Source: a bacterium (GTDB lineage: Bacteria > UBA8248 > JACPRG01 > G963555815). Taken from it: DNA of 64,000 nt. The translations under genes were made by a program, and so were the position numbers. Where the stretch lies: the NCBI GenBank assembly GCA_963555815.3, contig CAUVWX020000002.1:480001-544000 (forward strand), in the 5' to 3' direction. Shown piece after piece: positions 29,261 through 38,967 of this stretch (within the stretch, counting starts at the first letter, position 1; each line of letters begins with the position of its first letter). The notes beneath the pieces were generated by a model. It had not been told where the DNA came from, did no database searches, and was given only the letters and a program-made list of their open reading frames with translations.

Positions 29261-30028
29261 TCAATTCTGCAAAACAGCCGTTGGGCGGCGCGAAGCGGCG
29301 ACGCACAAGGAGACCCCGGACCCGTCCAGGACCGCTTTTGCTGTGCCCTTGGCCCGATCCGGACGGTTATTGGTCTCACTTAAATGGGCCAAGACAACCT
29401 GCCGAAGCCCTCGGTGTTGCACCTGCGCCAGGAGGGCTGCCGTCTCGTCATTGGCCAGGTGCCCAAGGGGGCCCGCGATCCGAGCCTTCACGGTGGAGGG
29501 ATAGGGGCCCTCCTCCAGGAGGCGGCGGTCATGGTTCGCCTCCAAGATAAGGCAATTTACACCCGAGAGGGCAGCCACAAGGTCTATTGTGATCGCCCCG
29601 ATGTCAACCGCTACCCCGATCTTCGTCCCTTCAAAGGAAATGAGAAAGCCCACAGGCTCGCGCGCGTCGTGGGGGATCGGAAAAGTGTTCACCTCAAAGG
29701 GCCCGAGGGAGAAGGCGTTCCCCGTGCCGAAGAGCACCCGGTCGCCGGGATATCCTCCCCAATCTGCGGTGAGGCCCTGGGACGTCCCGGCATTCATGTG
29801 GAGTGGGGTGCCGTAACGCTTGGAAAAAGGGACAGCCCCACGGACGTGATCCCCATGCTCATGGCTGAGAAGGATGGCCTGAAGGTCCTGGGCTCGGGCA
29901 CCGATAGAGTTGAGCCTGCCTTCGATCTGACGGGGCGAGAACCCAGCGTCCACAAGGAAACCATACCCCCCCGCCTCACAGTAAAGGGCGTTTCCGGTGC
30001 TGCCGCTTCCCAAGAAGACCAGCCTAAT
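29261..30028 (-). CDS. MBL-fold hydrolase, YycJ/WalJ-like
   Basis: LGSGSTGN, VDAG, SHEHGDH, PHDA, LEANHD, GHLAN, LAHLSETNN; probable ATT start at 30028 (first canonical start is TTG 30013). Confidence 0.9.
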   Translation of the reverse strand: MRLVFLGSGSTGNALYCEAGGYGFLVDAGFSPRQIEGRLNSIGARAQDLQAILLSHEHGDHVRGAVPFSKRYGTPLHMNAGTSQGLTADWGGYPGDRVLFGTGNAFSLGPFEVNTFPIPHDAREPVGFLISFEGTKIGVAVDIGAITIDLVAALSGVNCLILEANHDRRLLEEGPYPSTVKARIAGPLGHLANDETAALLAQVQHRGLRQVVLAHLSETNNRPDRAKGTAKAVLDGSGVSLCVAASRRPTAVLQN

Positions 30029-31001
30029 CGCCCCCCCCCTTCTGGCCGGCCTCCTGCCGATCCCTGATCATGGCGTAGAGAAGAGGGAGGAGAATCTCAT
30101 GATGGCCTGTGATCTGATACCCCTTTCCCTGCGGCTCGACTGGTCGCGTCACCACATTTTGAGTGGGCCGATAATGGCGAATCATGTCAAAGTCCACGGC
30201 AATAAAGTCGTGGGGTTTCCCCGTCAGATTTCTCGCGATGTTAAGCGCCTTCAGAAAGATCTCGGGCATGAGGACCGCCGATCCCAGATTGATGAAGACG
30301 CCTCCCCGGTCTAGTCCAATGACCTCTTGGGCAAGAACCTGAAAATCCCGGTAGGTGGCACGACCGAGGGCGCCGGCGTCCACTCCGGGGTGCATGTGGA
30401 CGATATCGGAGCCCAGCGCCACATGGAGAGTGGCCGGAACCCCCTTTTTATAAGCCGCCGCCAGAATGCTCAGACCTTTCCGGGGAAAATCCCCCTCTTG
30501 GATCTCCTGGCCCAGGGCCTGCCCAAGGCCGTAACCCGAGTCCTCAGCCCGTCGGACCACACGGTGATAAACGGCGCCCGTCTCCTCGGCCATCCCGAAA
30601 TCCCCTTGGGGAAGACCCTCCTCCACTTCCTCCGAGGTCTGGCCCGCGAGGGCCATCTCAATCTCGTGGACGGCAATGGCGCCCGTCCCCGAAACGGCTG
30701 TCAGGATCCCCCGGTCGATGAGATCGATGATGAGGCGGCTCAGGCCCACCTTGATAGGATGGGCCCCCATGGACAAGATGACCGCCCGACCCGATGAGAC
30801 GGCCGACACCACCCCATCGGCCACTGCTCGAAGGTCCGCCCCTTTCAAGATGGGAGGGATGATGGCCTCGACCCCTCCTCCGGGGCGGTAGGCCCCCGGA
30901 TCGGCCAGGACCTCCTCACCCACTTTGCTCTTTCGGGTCGAGAGGGGGTGGGTCCGGGTGCCCTGGAACTCAAGGTGTTTGTGCGGAGGCTTAGACCCCA
31001 C
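30024..31001 (-). CDS. Conserved hypothetical protein, deoxyhypusine-synthase-like fold
   Basis: MGAHPIKVGLS, GAIAVHE.E, TSEEV..G...G.FGMAEETG, HVALGSDI.HMH, GSAVLMPEIFLKA, GHHEILLPL. Confidence 0.7.
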   Translation of the reverse strand: MGSKPPHKHLEFQGTRTHPLSTRKSKVGEEVLADPGAYRPGGGVEAIIPPILKGADLRAVADGVVSAVSSGRAVILSMGAHPIKVGLSRLIIDLIDRGILTAVSGTGAIAVHEIEMALAGQTSEEVEEGLPQGDFGMAEETGAVYHRVVRRAEDSGYGLGQALGQEIQEGDFPRKGLSILAAAYKKGVPATLHVALGSDIVHMHPGVDAGALGRATYRDFQVLAQEVIGLDRGGVFINLGSAVLMPEIFLKALNIARNLTGKPHDFIAVDFDMIRHYRPTQNVVTRPVEPQGKGYQITGHHEILLPLLYAMIRDRQEAGQKGGGD

Positions 31002-31022
31002 GGCAATGGACCTCCAGGCTCA

Positions 31023-32531
31023 TTAGCTGCCTCGATTTCGCAGGGATGCCATCAGCCCAGTCGTTGAGAAGCCCGGAAGGAGCGGGATGATCTCCACGCG
31101 GCCCCCATAGGCCTCTACAATCCCCTTGCCGACCACCTCATAGGGCTCGTAATCTCCCCCCTTCACAAGGACATGGGGGCGAAGGGCACGAATGAGACGG
31201 GAGGGGGTCCTCTCGCGGAAGACCACCACATAATCTACAAAACGAAGGGCCGCCACAAGCTCGACCCGCTGCTGCAAGGGAAGGATGGGGCGCCCCGGCC
31301 CCTTTAGGCGCCGGACCGAGGCGTCATCGTTCAGGCCCACGACGAGGAGATGCCCGAGGGCCCGGGCCCGCTGAAGGAGATAGAGGTGCCCGGTATGGAG
31401 AAGGTCAAAGCAACCATTGGTGAAGACCACGGTCTGCCCATCGCTCCTCGCCCGGTCGAGGCGTTCTCTCAACGCAACAAGGGGGAGGACCTTTTGAGCC
31501 GAATGGGAGAGGCCCGAGTCGAGGGCCCTCGCTAGGCCGGAGAGGCCGACGGCCTTTGTCCCCACCGTTGCCACCACCAAGCCCGCCGCCACGTTGGCCA
31601 GTCGGGCCGCTTGGGCGAGCGGGGCGCCGCCAAAGGCTGCAAGACCGAAAATGGCCGCCACGGTGTCCCCCGCACCCGTCACATCGTAGACCTCGTGGGT
31701 CTGAGCGGGAGGCAGATGGGTGGCCCCTCCGCTGCGCCCATATAGGGTCATCCCCTGTCCACCACGGGTCACCAAAAAAGCTTTTGCACCGGTCGTCCGA
31801 AGAAGCCCCCTCACTCTGGAGGCGAGAGCGCCTTTGTCCTGGGTCCGGCTGCGGGCCGTCGCCCGGATCACCTCTTCTTCATTGGGCGTGATGAAGTCAG
31901 CCCCCCGGTAGCGGCTGAAGTGGACGTCCTTTGGGTCGACCAGGACCGGACAGGCCGCCCGGGCGGCGGCAGAGAAGGTTTCCTCCAGGACGCGGTCCGT
32001 CAAGACCCCCTTTGCATAATCAGAGCAGATGATGCCGCGGGCCCGGCGCGAGAGCCTTTTGAGTGCCGAGCACAACTGCCTCTCATAGGACCCCTCCAAG
32101 GGTTTTAGATCCTCCCGGTCGATGCGAAGGACGTGCTGATTTTGGGCGATGACCCGCATCTTCCGCACGGTGGGACGGTCGGGTAGGGAGAGAACACCCT
32201 CGGTGTCGATCCCCTGGGTTTCCATAAGGCGGCGAAGATGTCTGCCCTCAACGTCGGCCCCTACAACTCCTATCAGGCGCACTGGACACCCAAGGGAGGC
32301 GAGGTTGTGGGCGACATTGGCGGCCCCCCCCATGGCCTCGGCCTCGTGATGCCAGCGGAGGACCTGGACAGGGGCCTCTGGAGAGATGCGGTCCACGTCA
32401 CCCCAGACATAATGATCGTAGATGAGGTCTCCGACGACCAGGACGGGTCTGGGATCATCCAGACCGGCCCAGGCGCCGAGGGCGGATTGACCCTGCCCCT
32501 TTTGCCCACCTACCCTCTTTCGTCTCTTCAC
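31023..32531 (-). CDS. hldE: Bifunctional heptose 7-phosphate kinase / heptose 1-phosphate adenylyltransferase
   Basis: RISPEAPV, GGAANVA, SDYAKG, TPN, DVTGAGDT; FTNGCFDLLHTGH, VGLNDDASV, LVKGGDY. Confidence 0.96.
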   Translation of the reverse strand: MKRRKRVGGQKGQGQSALGAWAGLDDPRPVLVVGDLIYDHYVWGDVDRISPEAPVQVLRWHHEAEAMGGAANVAHNLASLGCPVRLIGVVGADVEGRHLRRLMETQGIDTEGVLSLPDRPTVRKMRVIAQNQHVLRIDREDLKPLEGSYERQLCSALKRLSRRARGIICSDYAKGVLTDRVLEETFSAAARAACPVLVDPKDVHFSRYRGADFITPNEEEVIRATARSRTQDKGALASRVRGLLRTTGAKAFLVTRGGQGMTLYGRSGGATHLPPAQTHEVYDVTGAGDTVAAIFGLAAFGGAPLAQAARLANVAAGLVVATVGTKAVGLSGLARALDSGLSHSAQKVLPLVALRERLDRARSDGQTVVFTNGCFDLLHTGHLYLLQRARALGHLLVVGLNDDASVRRLKGPGRPILPLQQRVELVAALRFVDYVVVFRERTPSRLIRALRPHVLVKGGDYEPYEVVGKGIVEAYGGRVEIIPLLPGFSTTGLMASLRNRGS

Positions 32532-32542
32532 GGCCCGCCCGG

Positions 32543-33166
32543 CTATGATTTTTTCCCCTTCTCGGGTTTCTCAGTCAGTTTCAGACGGCTTTCCACCTCA
32601 CCGCAGATGACATGGAGGACTATTCTGTGGACTTCCTGGATGAGTGGCGCCTCATGGCTCGGGACAATGAGGGCCACATTGACCACCTGTTTGATGCGCC
32701 CCCCGTCGGAGCCGAGGAGCCCCACCGTCTTCGCCCCGCGGTCCTGGCCCCGCCGGATACCCCGGTAGACGTTTTCCGACTCACCACTCGTGCTGATCCC
32801 CACGACCACGTCCCCGGGCTCCGCCAGGGCTGCCACCTGACGCTCAAAGATGGTGGCAAACCCATAGTCGTTTCCCACAGACGTCAGGACGGAGGTGTCC
32901 GTACTGAGGGCGATGGCGGCAAGGGGTCTTCGCTCGACCCGAAAGCGGCCGACCAGTTCTGCAGCGGTGTGCTGGGCGTCAGCGGCGCTACCGCCATTTC
33001 CGAAGAGGAGCACCTTTCGCCCTCTCGAGAGGGCCTCTGTGATGAAGGCCGTGGCTCGCTCTACAGCCTCCACTAAGGAAGTCTCCTCCAAGGCCTCCAG
33101 GAGAGAACGCCTCTCTAAGAGAGCCCCTTTCCAGTATGGGGTGGCCCCTTCGGCTCCCTTGGCCAT
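32543..33166 (-). CDS. gmhA: Phosphoheptose isomerase
   Basis: FGNGGSAADAQH, NDYG, GISTSG, IQEVH. Confidence 0.96.
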   Translation of the reverse strand: MAKGAEGATPYWKGALLERRSLLEALEETSLVEAVERATAFITEALSRGRKVLLFGNGGSAADAQHTAAELVGRFRVERRPLAAIALSTDTSVLTSVGNDYGFATIFERQVAALAEPGDVVVGISTSGESENVYRGIRRGQDRGAKTVGLLGSDGGRIKQVVNVALIVPSHEAPLIQEVHRIVLHVICGEVESRLKLTEKPEKGKKS

Positions 33167-33178
33167 CCTTCCTCCACT

Positions 33179-33880
33179 TTAGAGCTGTCCTTCGTCGGCG
33201 AAACTATAGTAGCGGCCGTCGCCGACGATGAGATGGTCCAGGACGCGAATGCCCAGGAGCTCTCCGGTCTCCTTGAGACGACGCGTGATCTGGACATCAT
33301 CTTTGCTCGGCTCGGGGTCCCCGCTCGGATGGTTGTGTACAAAGATGACAAAAGCCGCGGACTCCCCAAGGGCTGGCCGAAAGGCCTCCCTGGGATGGAC
33401 AACGCTCTCGGTGAGAGAGCCCTCTGAGATGGTTTCCACTTTCAACAATTGGTTCTTGGCGTTGAGGAGGATGACCTGGAAAATTTCCTTTCGCCGGCCC
33501 ACGAGGGAGGGGCCGAGATAGCTCGCCACATCCTCGCTCGTGTTAAAGCGGGGCGAAGGGCCTCCCGCCCGGCTAAGAAGGCGACGGCCCAGCTCGAACG
33601 CCGCCTTCACTTGGGCGGCTTTGGCAGGGCCCATCCCTACAACCTCGCAGAGCTCGGCCACCCCAGCCTCCTCCAAAGTCCGAAGGTCTCCAAATCGGTG
33701 GAGCAGGCCCCGGACGAGATCCAGAGCGCTTCCGCCCTGGGTGCTCCCCGTTCGAAGGATGATGGCGAGGAGCTCCGCCTCTCCCATGGACCTCGCCCCC
33801 CGGGCCATCAGCCGCTCCCGGGGACGCTCTCCCTTAGGCCAATCCCGAATAGCGGTGGGATAAGGACGGGGGGAGTTCAC
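33179..33880 (-). CDS. radC: RadC family JAB-domain protein
   Basis: ERPRERL, ELLAIILRTG, GMGPAKA, VHPRE, HNHPSGDPEPS..D, LDHLIVG. Confidence 0.96.
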   Translation of the reverse strand: MNSPRPYPTAIRDWPKGERPRERLMARGARSMGEAELLAIILRTGSTQGGSALDLVRGLLHRFGDLRTLEEAGVAELCEVVGMGPAKAAQVKAAFELGRRLLSRAGGPSPRFNTSEDVASYLGPSLVGRRKEIFQVILLNAKNQLLKVETISEGSLTESVVHPREAFRPALGESAAFVIFVHNHPSGDPEPSKDDVQITRRLKETGELLGIRVLDHLIVGDGRYYSFADEGQL

Positions 33881-33904
33881 AGGGGTTCCCCTTCTTCGAG
33901 CGGG

Positions 33905-34849
33905 TCACGCCGCCTGAAGCTTTCCCCGAAAGTAATGGGTAATGATGGCGAGCCCTTCCTCCAGCCCCACCTGGGGTTGCCACTCCAGGAGTTCCTTAGC
34001 TCGCCCGATATCGGGCTGACGGACCTTCGGGTCATCGACCGGAAGGGGCCCGTATTGGACAGAACTCTTGCTCTCCGTCACCCGGAGAATGGCCCTCGTG
34101 AGTTCCTGGATGGTAATTTCCGAGGAATTTCCAAGGTTCACGGGCTCCACGCAGGAGGAATTTATCAGGCGATATATCCCCTCGACCAGGTCCGAAATAT
34201 AACAGAAACTCCGGGTCTGAGACCCATCCCCGAAAACGGTGAGGGGGACCCCTCGAAGGGCCTGGGAGAAGAAGGTGGGGATGGCCCGGCCATCTTCAAG
34301 ACGCATGCGAGGTCCGTAGGTGTTGAAGATCCGGGCGATTCGGGTGGGAAGCCCATGGACGCGGTGATAGGCCATAGAGAGGGCTTCGGCGTAGCGTTTG
34401 GCTTCGTCATAGACCCCCCGGGGGCCGATGGGATTCACATTGCCCCAGTAGTCCTCCCTCTGGGGGTGCTCTTTGGGGTCCCCGTAGACCTCGGAAGTAG
34501 AGGCCAGGAGAAAGGTGGCCCCTTGGGCCTTGGCCAAACCGAGGGCGTTCAGGGTTCCAATGGCTCCCACCTTCAGGGTCTGGATGGGGAGTTCAAGGTA
34601 ATCGAGCGGACTCGCGGGGGAGGCGAAATGGAAGACGAAATCCAAGTGCCCCTCGACGGAGATGTAATTGGTGACGTCGTATTCGAGGAACCGAAACCCC
34701 TGACCGCCCAGGTGGGCGATATTCTCATCGTTCCCCGTGAGGAGGTTGTCCATGCAGATCACCTCGTGGCCCTTTGCCAAGAGGTATTCGCAAAGGTGAG
34801 ACCCGATAAAGCCGGCCCCCCCCGTCACGAGGCTCTTCAGTGGCTTCAC
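33905..34849 (-). CDS. UDP-glucuronate decarboxylase (UDP-xylose synthase) family
   Basis: [65 protein letters not shown]. Confidence 0.95.
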   Translation of the reverse strand: MKPLKSLVTGGAGFIGSHLCEYLLAKGHEVICMDNLLTGNDENIAHLGGQGFRFLEYDVTNYISVEGHLDFVFHFASPASPLDYLELPIQTLKVGAIGTLNALGLAKAQGATFLLASTSEVYGDPKEHPQREDYWGNVNPIGPRGVYDEAKRYAEALSMAYHRVHGLPTRIARIFNTYGPRMRLEDGRAIPTFFSQALRGVPLTVFGDGSQTRSFCYISDLVEGIYRLINSSCVEPVNLGNSSEITIQELTRAILRVTESKSSVQYGPLPVDDPKVRQPDIGRAKELLEWQPQVGLEEGLAIITHYFRGKLQAA

Positions 34850-34851
34850 CC

Positions 34852-36144
34852 TCAGGGCCGCCCAAGACTGTAGTATTCAAACCCAAGGCGCCGCTTCCGT
34901 TCCGGGTCATAGATGTTACGACCGTCGAAGATGACGGGCCGAGCCATGAGCTCTTTAATGCGCGTCATGTTCAACTGGCGAAACTCCCGCCACTCCGTCA
35001 GGACGGCCAGGGCGTCGGCCCCTTCGGCCACCTCGTAAGAGCTCTGACAAAACTGTACATCGTTGAAGATGCGACGGGCGTTCTCCATGGCCACCGGGTC
35101 ATAGACCTTGACCCGGGCCCCCTCGGCCTGAAGCCCCCGGATGATCTCGACGGACTTGGCGTCCCGCATGTCGTCGGTATTGGGCTTGAAGGCGAGGCCC
35201 AGAACTCCGATCATCTTCCCCTTGAGCCCCCCCAGTTTTTCCCGCATCAGGGATAAAAAGCGGGCACCCCGGTCCCGGTTGACCGCTTGGGTCGCCTTGA
35301 GGAGGTCGAACTCGTAGCCGAACTTGTGCGCGGTGTGAATCAAAGACTCCAGATCCTTGGGGAAACAGGACCCCCCGAAACCAAGGCCAGCCTGGAGGAA
35401 CTCCTTCCCGATGCGCTGGTCATAGCCCATCCCCTTGGCCACATCCTCCACACTCGCGCCAGCGCGCTCACAGATATTGGCAACCGCGTTGATGAAGGAG
35501 ATCTTGAGCGCCAGAAAGGAGTTGCTGGCGTACTTGATCATCTCCGCGCTGTAGACATCGGTGATGAGCATGGGCCGCTCCAGGGGGGCGTAGAGCTCAA
35601 GGAGGCGCATCGCCACATTCTTGTTGGGGGCCCCGATCACGATCCGATCAGGCGCGAGGGTGTCCTGGATGGCAGAACCCTCGCGCAGAAACTCCGGATT
35701 GGAGACCACATCGAAGTCCACGTCGCTGCGCTTATCTCGTTCGATGATCTCCGAGACGAAATCCCCTGTCCCAACCGGGACCGTGCTCTTGTTAACGATG
35801 ACCTTGTAATGGTTGATGGAGCGGGCAATGGCCTTAGCGGCCTGCTCTACGAAGGAGAGGTCCGTCTCGCCATTCTCTCGGGGGGGAGTCCCGACGCAGA
35901 TGAAGATGATGTCGGAGGCCCGCACCGTCTCATCGAGATCGGTGCTAAAGGAGAGCCTGTTATCGGCCACGTTTCGGTGGACCATCTCCTCCAGCCCCGG
36001 CTCGTAGATGGGCATCTCCCCGCGGCGCAGGAGGTCAATCTTCTCCTTAATAATGTCGACACAGATGACGTCATTGCCGAGGTCCGCGAAGACAGCCCCC
36101 GTCACCAGACCCACATATCCCGCTCCAAAAACCCCTACCTGCAC
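34852..36144 (-). CDS. ugd: UDP-glucose 6-dehydrogenase
   Basis: [51 protein letters not shown]. Confidence 0.96.
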   Translation of the reverse strand: MQVGVFGAGYVGLVTGAVFADLGNDVICVDIIKEKIDLLRRGEMPIYEPGLEEMVHRNVADNRLSFSTDLDETVRASDIIFICVGTPPRENGETDLSFVEQAAKAIARSINHYKVIVNKSTVPVGTGDFVSEIIERDKRSDVDFDVVSNPEFLREGSAIQDTLAPDRIVIGAPNKNVAMRLLELYAPLERPMLITDVYSAEMIKYASNSFLALKISFINAVANICERAGASVEDVAKGMGYDQRIGKEFLQAGLGFGGSCFPKDLESLIHTAHKFGYEFDLLKATQAVNRDRGARFLSLMREKLGGLKGKMIGVLGLAFKPNTDDMRDAKSVEIIRGLQAEGARVKVYDPVAMENARRIFNDVQFCQSSYEVAEGADALAVLTEWREFRQLNMTRIKELMARPVIFDGRNIYDPERKRRLGFEYYSLGRP

Positions 36145-36166
36145 TGTCCGCCTCCCTGGGTTCTCA

Positions 36167-37174
36167 TCATCGGTTGGCGTACATCCGCTGGTAGTAGGCG
36201 CGGAACTCTCCGTCCCGAATGCGTCGCCACCAGCCAGGGTTCTCGACGTACCAGCGGATCGTCTTCGGCAAACCCTCCTTCAGAGTAACCTTGGGAGACC
36301 AGCCCAGTTCGCGCTCGATTTTCTTTGCGGCGACGGCGTGGCGGCGCACATGGCCCGGGCGGTCCGTCACACTCTGGATGAGGTCTTCAGGCTTCTCGAG
36401 AGTCTTCAAAATAGCGCGGGCCATCTCGAGGATAGTCCGCTCCTCCCCGGTCCCGATGTTGAAGGTCTCGCCCTCGATCCCCGGGGCCTGGGCCAGAAGC
36501 TCCAGGGCCCGGCAGTGGTCCTCTACGTGGATCCAGTCCCGGCTGTTCAGCCCGTCGCCGTAGACGGGGAGGGGTTTATCCTCCATCGCATTGGTGATGA
36601 AGAGAGGAATCATCTTCTCTGGGTACTGAAAGGACCCGTAGTTATTGGAGCAACGGGTGATCACGACGGGGGTCCCGTAGGTGGCGAAATAGGCGAAGGC
36701 GAGACGATCCCCCCCGGCCTTGCTGGCCGCATAAGGGCTCTTCGGCATGAAGGGGTCCTCTTCTGTCGAGGGTTTTTGTCCGGCCTCGCCATACACCTCG
36801 TCGGTGGAGACTTGGACAAACCGCCGGATGGAGGACTCCCGGGCGGCCTCCAGTAGGACGTGAACACCCAGCATGTCCGTCTGGATGAAAGAGGCGGGGT
36901 CGCCAATGGAGCGATCCACATGGGTCTCGGCGGCGAAGTTGACGATCAGGTCCACCCGCCCGATCAGGGGGCGCACATCTTTGGGGTCCGCGATGTCGCC
37001 CTGGTGAAACTCATAGTGGGGATGCTCGGCCAGATCCGACAGGTTTTCACGGTTGGCGGCGTAGGTGATCTTGTCGAGGTTGATGACGCGAAGGTCCGAA
37101 TTTTGACCGAGGAGGTGGCGGATGAAATGGCTCCCAATAAATCCAAGACCCCCCGTGATGAGCCAGGTCTCCAT
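36167..37174 (-). CDS. rfbB: dTDP-glucose 4,6-dehydratase
   Basis: DKITYA, FAAETHVDRSI, VSTDEVYG, SPYAASKA, RCSNNYG, RDWIHVEDH, DRPGH. Confidence 0.96.
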   Translation of the reverse strand: METWLITGGLGFIGSHFIRHLLGQNSDLRVINLDKITYAANRENLSDLAEHPHYEFHQGDIADPKDVRPLIGRVDLIVNFAAETHVDRSIGDPASFIQTDMLGVHVLLEAARESSIRRFVQVSTDEVYGEAGQKPSTEEDPFMPKSPYAASKAGGDRLAFAYFATYGTPVVITRCSNNYGSFQYPEKMIPLFITNAMEDKPLPVYGDGLNSRDWIHVEDHCRALELLAQAPGIEGETFNIGTGEERTILEMARAILKTLEKPEDLIQSVTDRPGHVRRHAVAAKKIERELGWSPKVTLKEGLPKTIRWYVENPGWWRRIRDGEFRAYYQRMYANR

Positions 37175-37179
37175 GGGTT

Positions 37180-37671
37180 TCAGCCGTCCTTTCGGTCCCA
37201 GTCGTAGGGGACAGGTCCCCCGTGGGGCGGGAGGCGGTGCTCGTCCGGGGCCTCATAGCGGTAGACTTCGGTGGGGACATTGATCATGAGCATCACGTCC
37301 TCACCGATGCATTTGAACCCGTGATAGACATAGGGAGGGATCTGAACAAGGAGGGGGTTTTGTTCCCCCATGAAAAACTCGTTGATGAGGCCGTGGGTGG
37401 GGGAATCCTTCCGGGAATCGTAGAGGACCACCTTGGCCATCCCACGAACACAGACAAAGTGATCCACCTGCCCCTTATGATAATGCCAGGCCTTGACCAC
37501 GCCGGGATAAGCGGCTGTCACGTAGACCTGGCCAAAACCCTGGAAGAGGTCATCGTCTTTCCGCAGGATCTCCATCAGCCAACCCCGTTCGTCGGGGATA
37601 ACCTTCAGGCTTTTTGTCTGCACCCCCTCAATGAGGCGGCTCGACGCCTTTACCTCCGCTTTTTCGCTCAC
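37180..37671 (-). CDS. rfbC: dTDP-4-dehydrorhamnose 3,5-epimerase family (RmlC-like cupin)
   Basis: DERGWL.E, GVVKAWHYH, DSRKDSPT, HGFK. Confidence 0.88.
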   Translation of the reverse strand: MSEKAEVKASSRLIEGVQTKSLKVIPDERGWLMEILRKDDDLFQGFGQVYVTAAYPGVVKAWHYHKGQVDHFVCVRGMAKVVLYDSRKDSPTHGLINEFFMGEQNPLLVQIPPYVYHGFKCIGEDVMLMINVPTEVYRYEAPDEHRLPPHGGPVPYDWDRKDG

Positions 37672-38732
37672 TGCACTACCACTCGGGAGTAATCACCCAC
37701 CATAAAACGGCACGCTTCGGGTTTCAGGGAGGACCGCGTAATGACGGCGTTTCGGCCAATGAGGCTGTCCGTGATCCGCCGCGGGATCCCCGAGGCCTGG
37801 CTCCCCTCTAGCAGGATGCTATTCTCGATCTCGCAGGCGTCGATTCGAACGCGGGGCCCCAGGGCGGTAAAAGGGCCGATATAGGAATCCTTCACCTCAG
37901 CCCCCTCTCCGATCACAGCCGGGCCCCGGATGACGCTGCGGATCACTCGGCTGCCGGGGCAGAGGGCCACCTTGAACTCGATCCGGGAATCCTTGTCCAC
38001 GTCTCCGTCCCGCTGGTCCTCGATGTCATCCAGGATGAGGCGGTTTGCCTCAAGAAGGTCTTCCAGCTTTCCTGTGTCTTTCCACCAGCCCTTGACCACG
38101 TGGGAGTGGACCTTCCGTCCACCGTCAATGAGGTGCTGGATGGAATCAATGATTTCTAGCTCTCCGCGGGCCGACGGCCGGATGGCCCGGGCCGCCCCAA
38201 AGATTTGAGAGTCAAACATGTAGACCCCGACGACGGCCAAATTGCTCTTGGGACTGGCCGGCTTCTCCTCCAGACGGATGACGCGTCCTTCCCGAAGCTC
38301 CGCCACCCCGAACTCGCTTGGGTTTGGGACCGGGCAAAGGAGAACCATGGCGTTGGGCTGCGCAGACTTGAACTCCGCCACCAGGTCAGAGATCCCCCCT
38401 TTGATGAGGTTGTCCCCGAGGTACATGACGAAAGGAGAGTCTTGAAGGTAAGGTTCCGCTGTGAGGACCGCATGGGCCAGGCCAAGGGGCTCTGGCTGTT
38501 CGATGTAGGTAACCTCCAACCCCCAGCGGCTCCCGTCGCCAACGGCCGCTTTGATGTCCTCCTTGGTGTCCCCCACGATGATGCCAAGCTCTCGGATCCC
38601 CGCCTCTCGAATGGCCTCGATGCCATAAAAGAGGACGGGCTTGTTCGCCACGGGGACTAGCTGTTTGGCGTTGGTATAAGTGAGGGGGCGAAGCCGGGTC
38701 CCCCGTCCCCCGCTTAGGATAAGACCTTTCAC
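37668..38732 (-). CDS. rfbA: Glucose-1-phosphate thymidylyltransferase, long form
   Basis: GGRGTRLRPLT, KQLVPVANKP, PLGLAHA, YLGDN, LEEKP, SARGELEI, WKDTG; C-terminal beta-helix. Confidence 0.95.
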   Translation of the reverse strand: MKGLILSGGRGTRLRPLTYTNAKQLVPVANKPVLFYGIEAIREAGIRELGIIVGDTKEDIKAAVGDGSRWGLEVTYIEQPEPLGLAHAVLTAEPYLQDSPFVMYLGDNLIKGGISDLVAEFKSAQPNAMVLLCPVPNPSEFGVAELREGRVIRLEEKPASPKSNLAVVGVYMFDSQIFGAARAIRPSARGELEIIDSIQHLIDGGRKVHSHVVKGWWKDTGKLEDLLEANRLILDDIEDQRDGDVDKDSRIEFKVALCPGSRVIRSVIRGPAVIGEGAEVKDSYIGPFTALGPRVRIDACEIENSILLEGSQASGIPRRITDSLIGRNAVITRSSLKPEACRFMVGDYSRVVVQ

Positions 38733-38888
38733 CTACAAAACACCCTCCCACGAGGAGGCGAAAACCATCGCTCGGGGTGTGCAAGAAAGGGACAGCCTTT
38801 CCGACGGACAAACCGTCCCTTCGTGGCCCTCCACTGGGAGAAATCCTGAAGCGAACTCCATATCAGAATCCCCTCCCATTCCGGTGCC

Positions 38889-38918
38889 ACCATATCCCAC
38901 CGCTTCCTCCCAAGTCAA
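38889..38918 (-). promoter_or_regulatory. Putative promoter of the nucleotide-sugar/purine gene run
   Basis: TTGACT, 18 nt, TATGGT. Confidence 0.45.
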
Positions 38919-38967
38919 GGTTTGTGCCGGTCCACAACGCACGAGACACAAGGGCCGAGGGGCCTCC

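Noticed and set aside
33179..33880. radC as a sign of a mobile element
   Set aside because: Full-length chromosomal type in a housekeeping run; no integrase, att sites or composition shift seen
33449..34873. 474-aa plus-strand ORF, and similar long ORFs at 10148..11269, 22423..23496, 35287..36288, 44763..45740, 45667..46611 and 57267..58406
   Set aside because: Antisense shadows of well-conserved genes caused by high-GC codon bias; no motifs of their own
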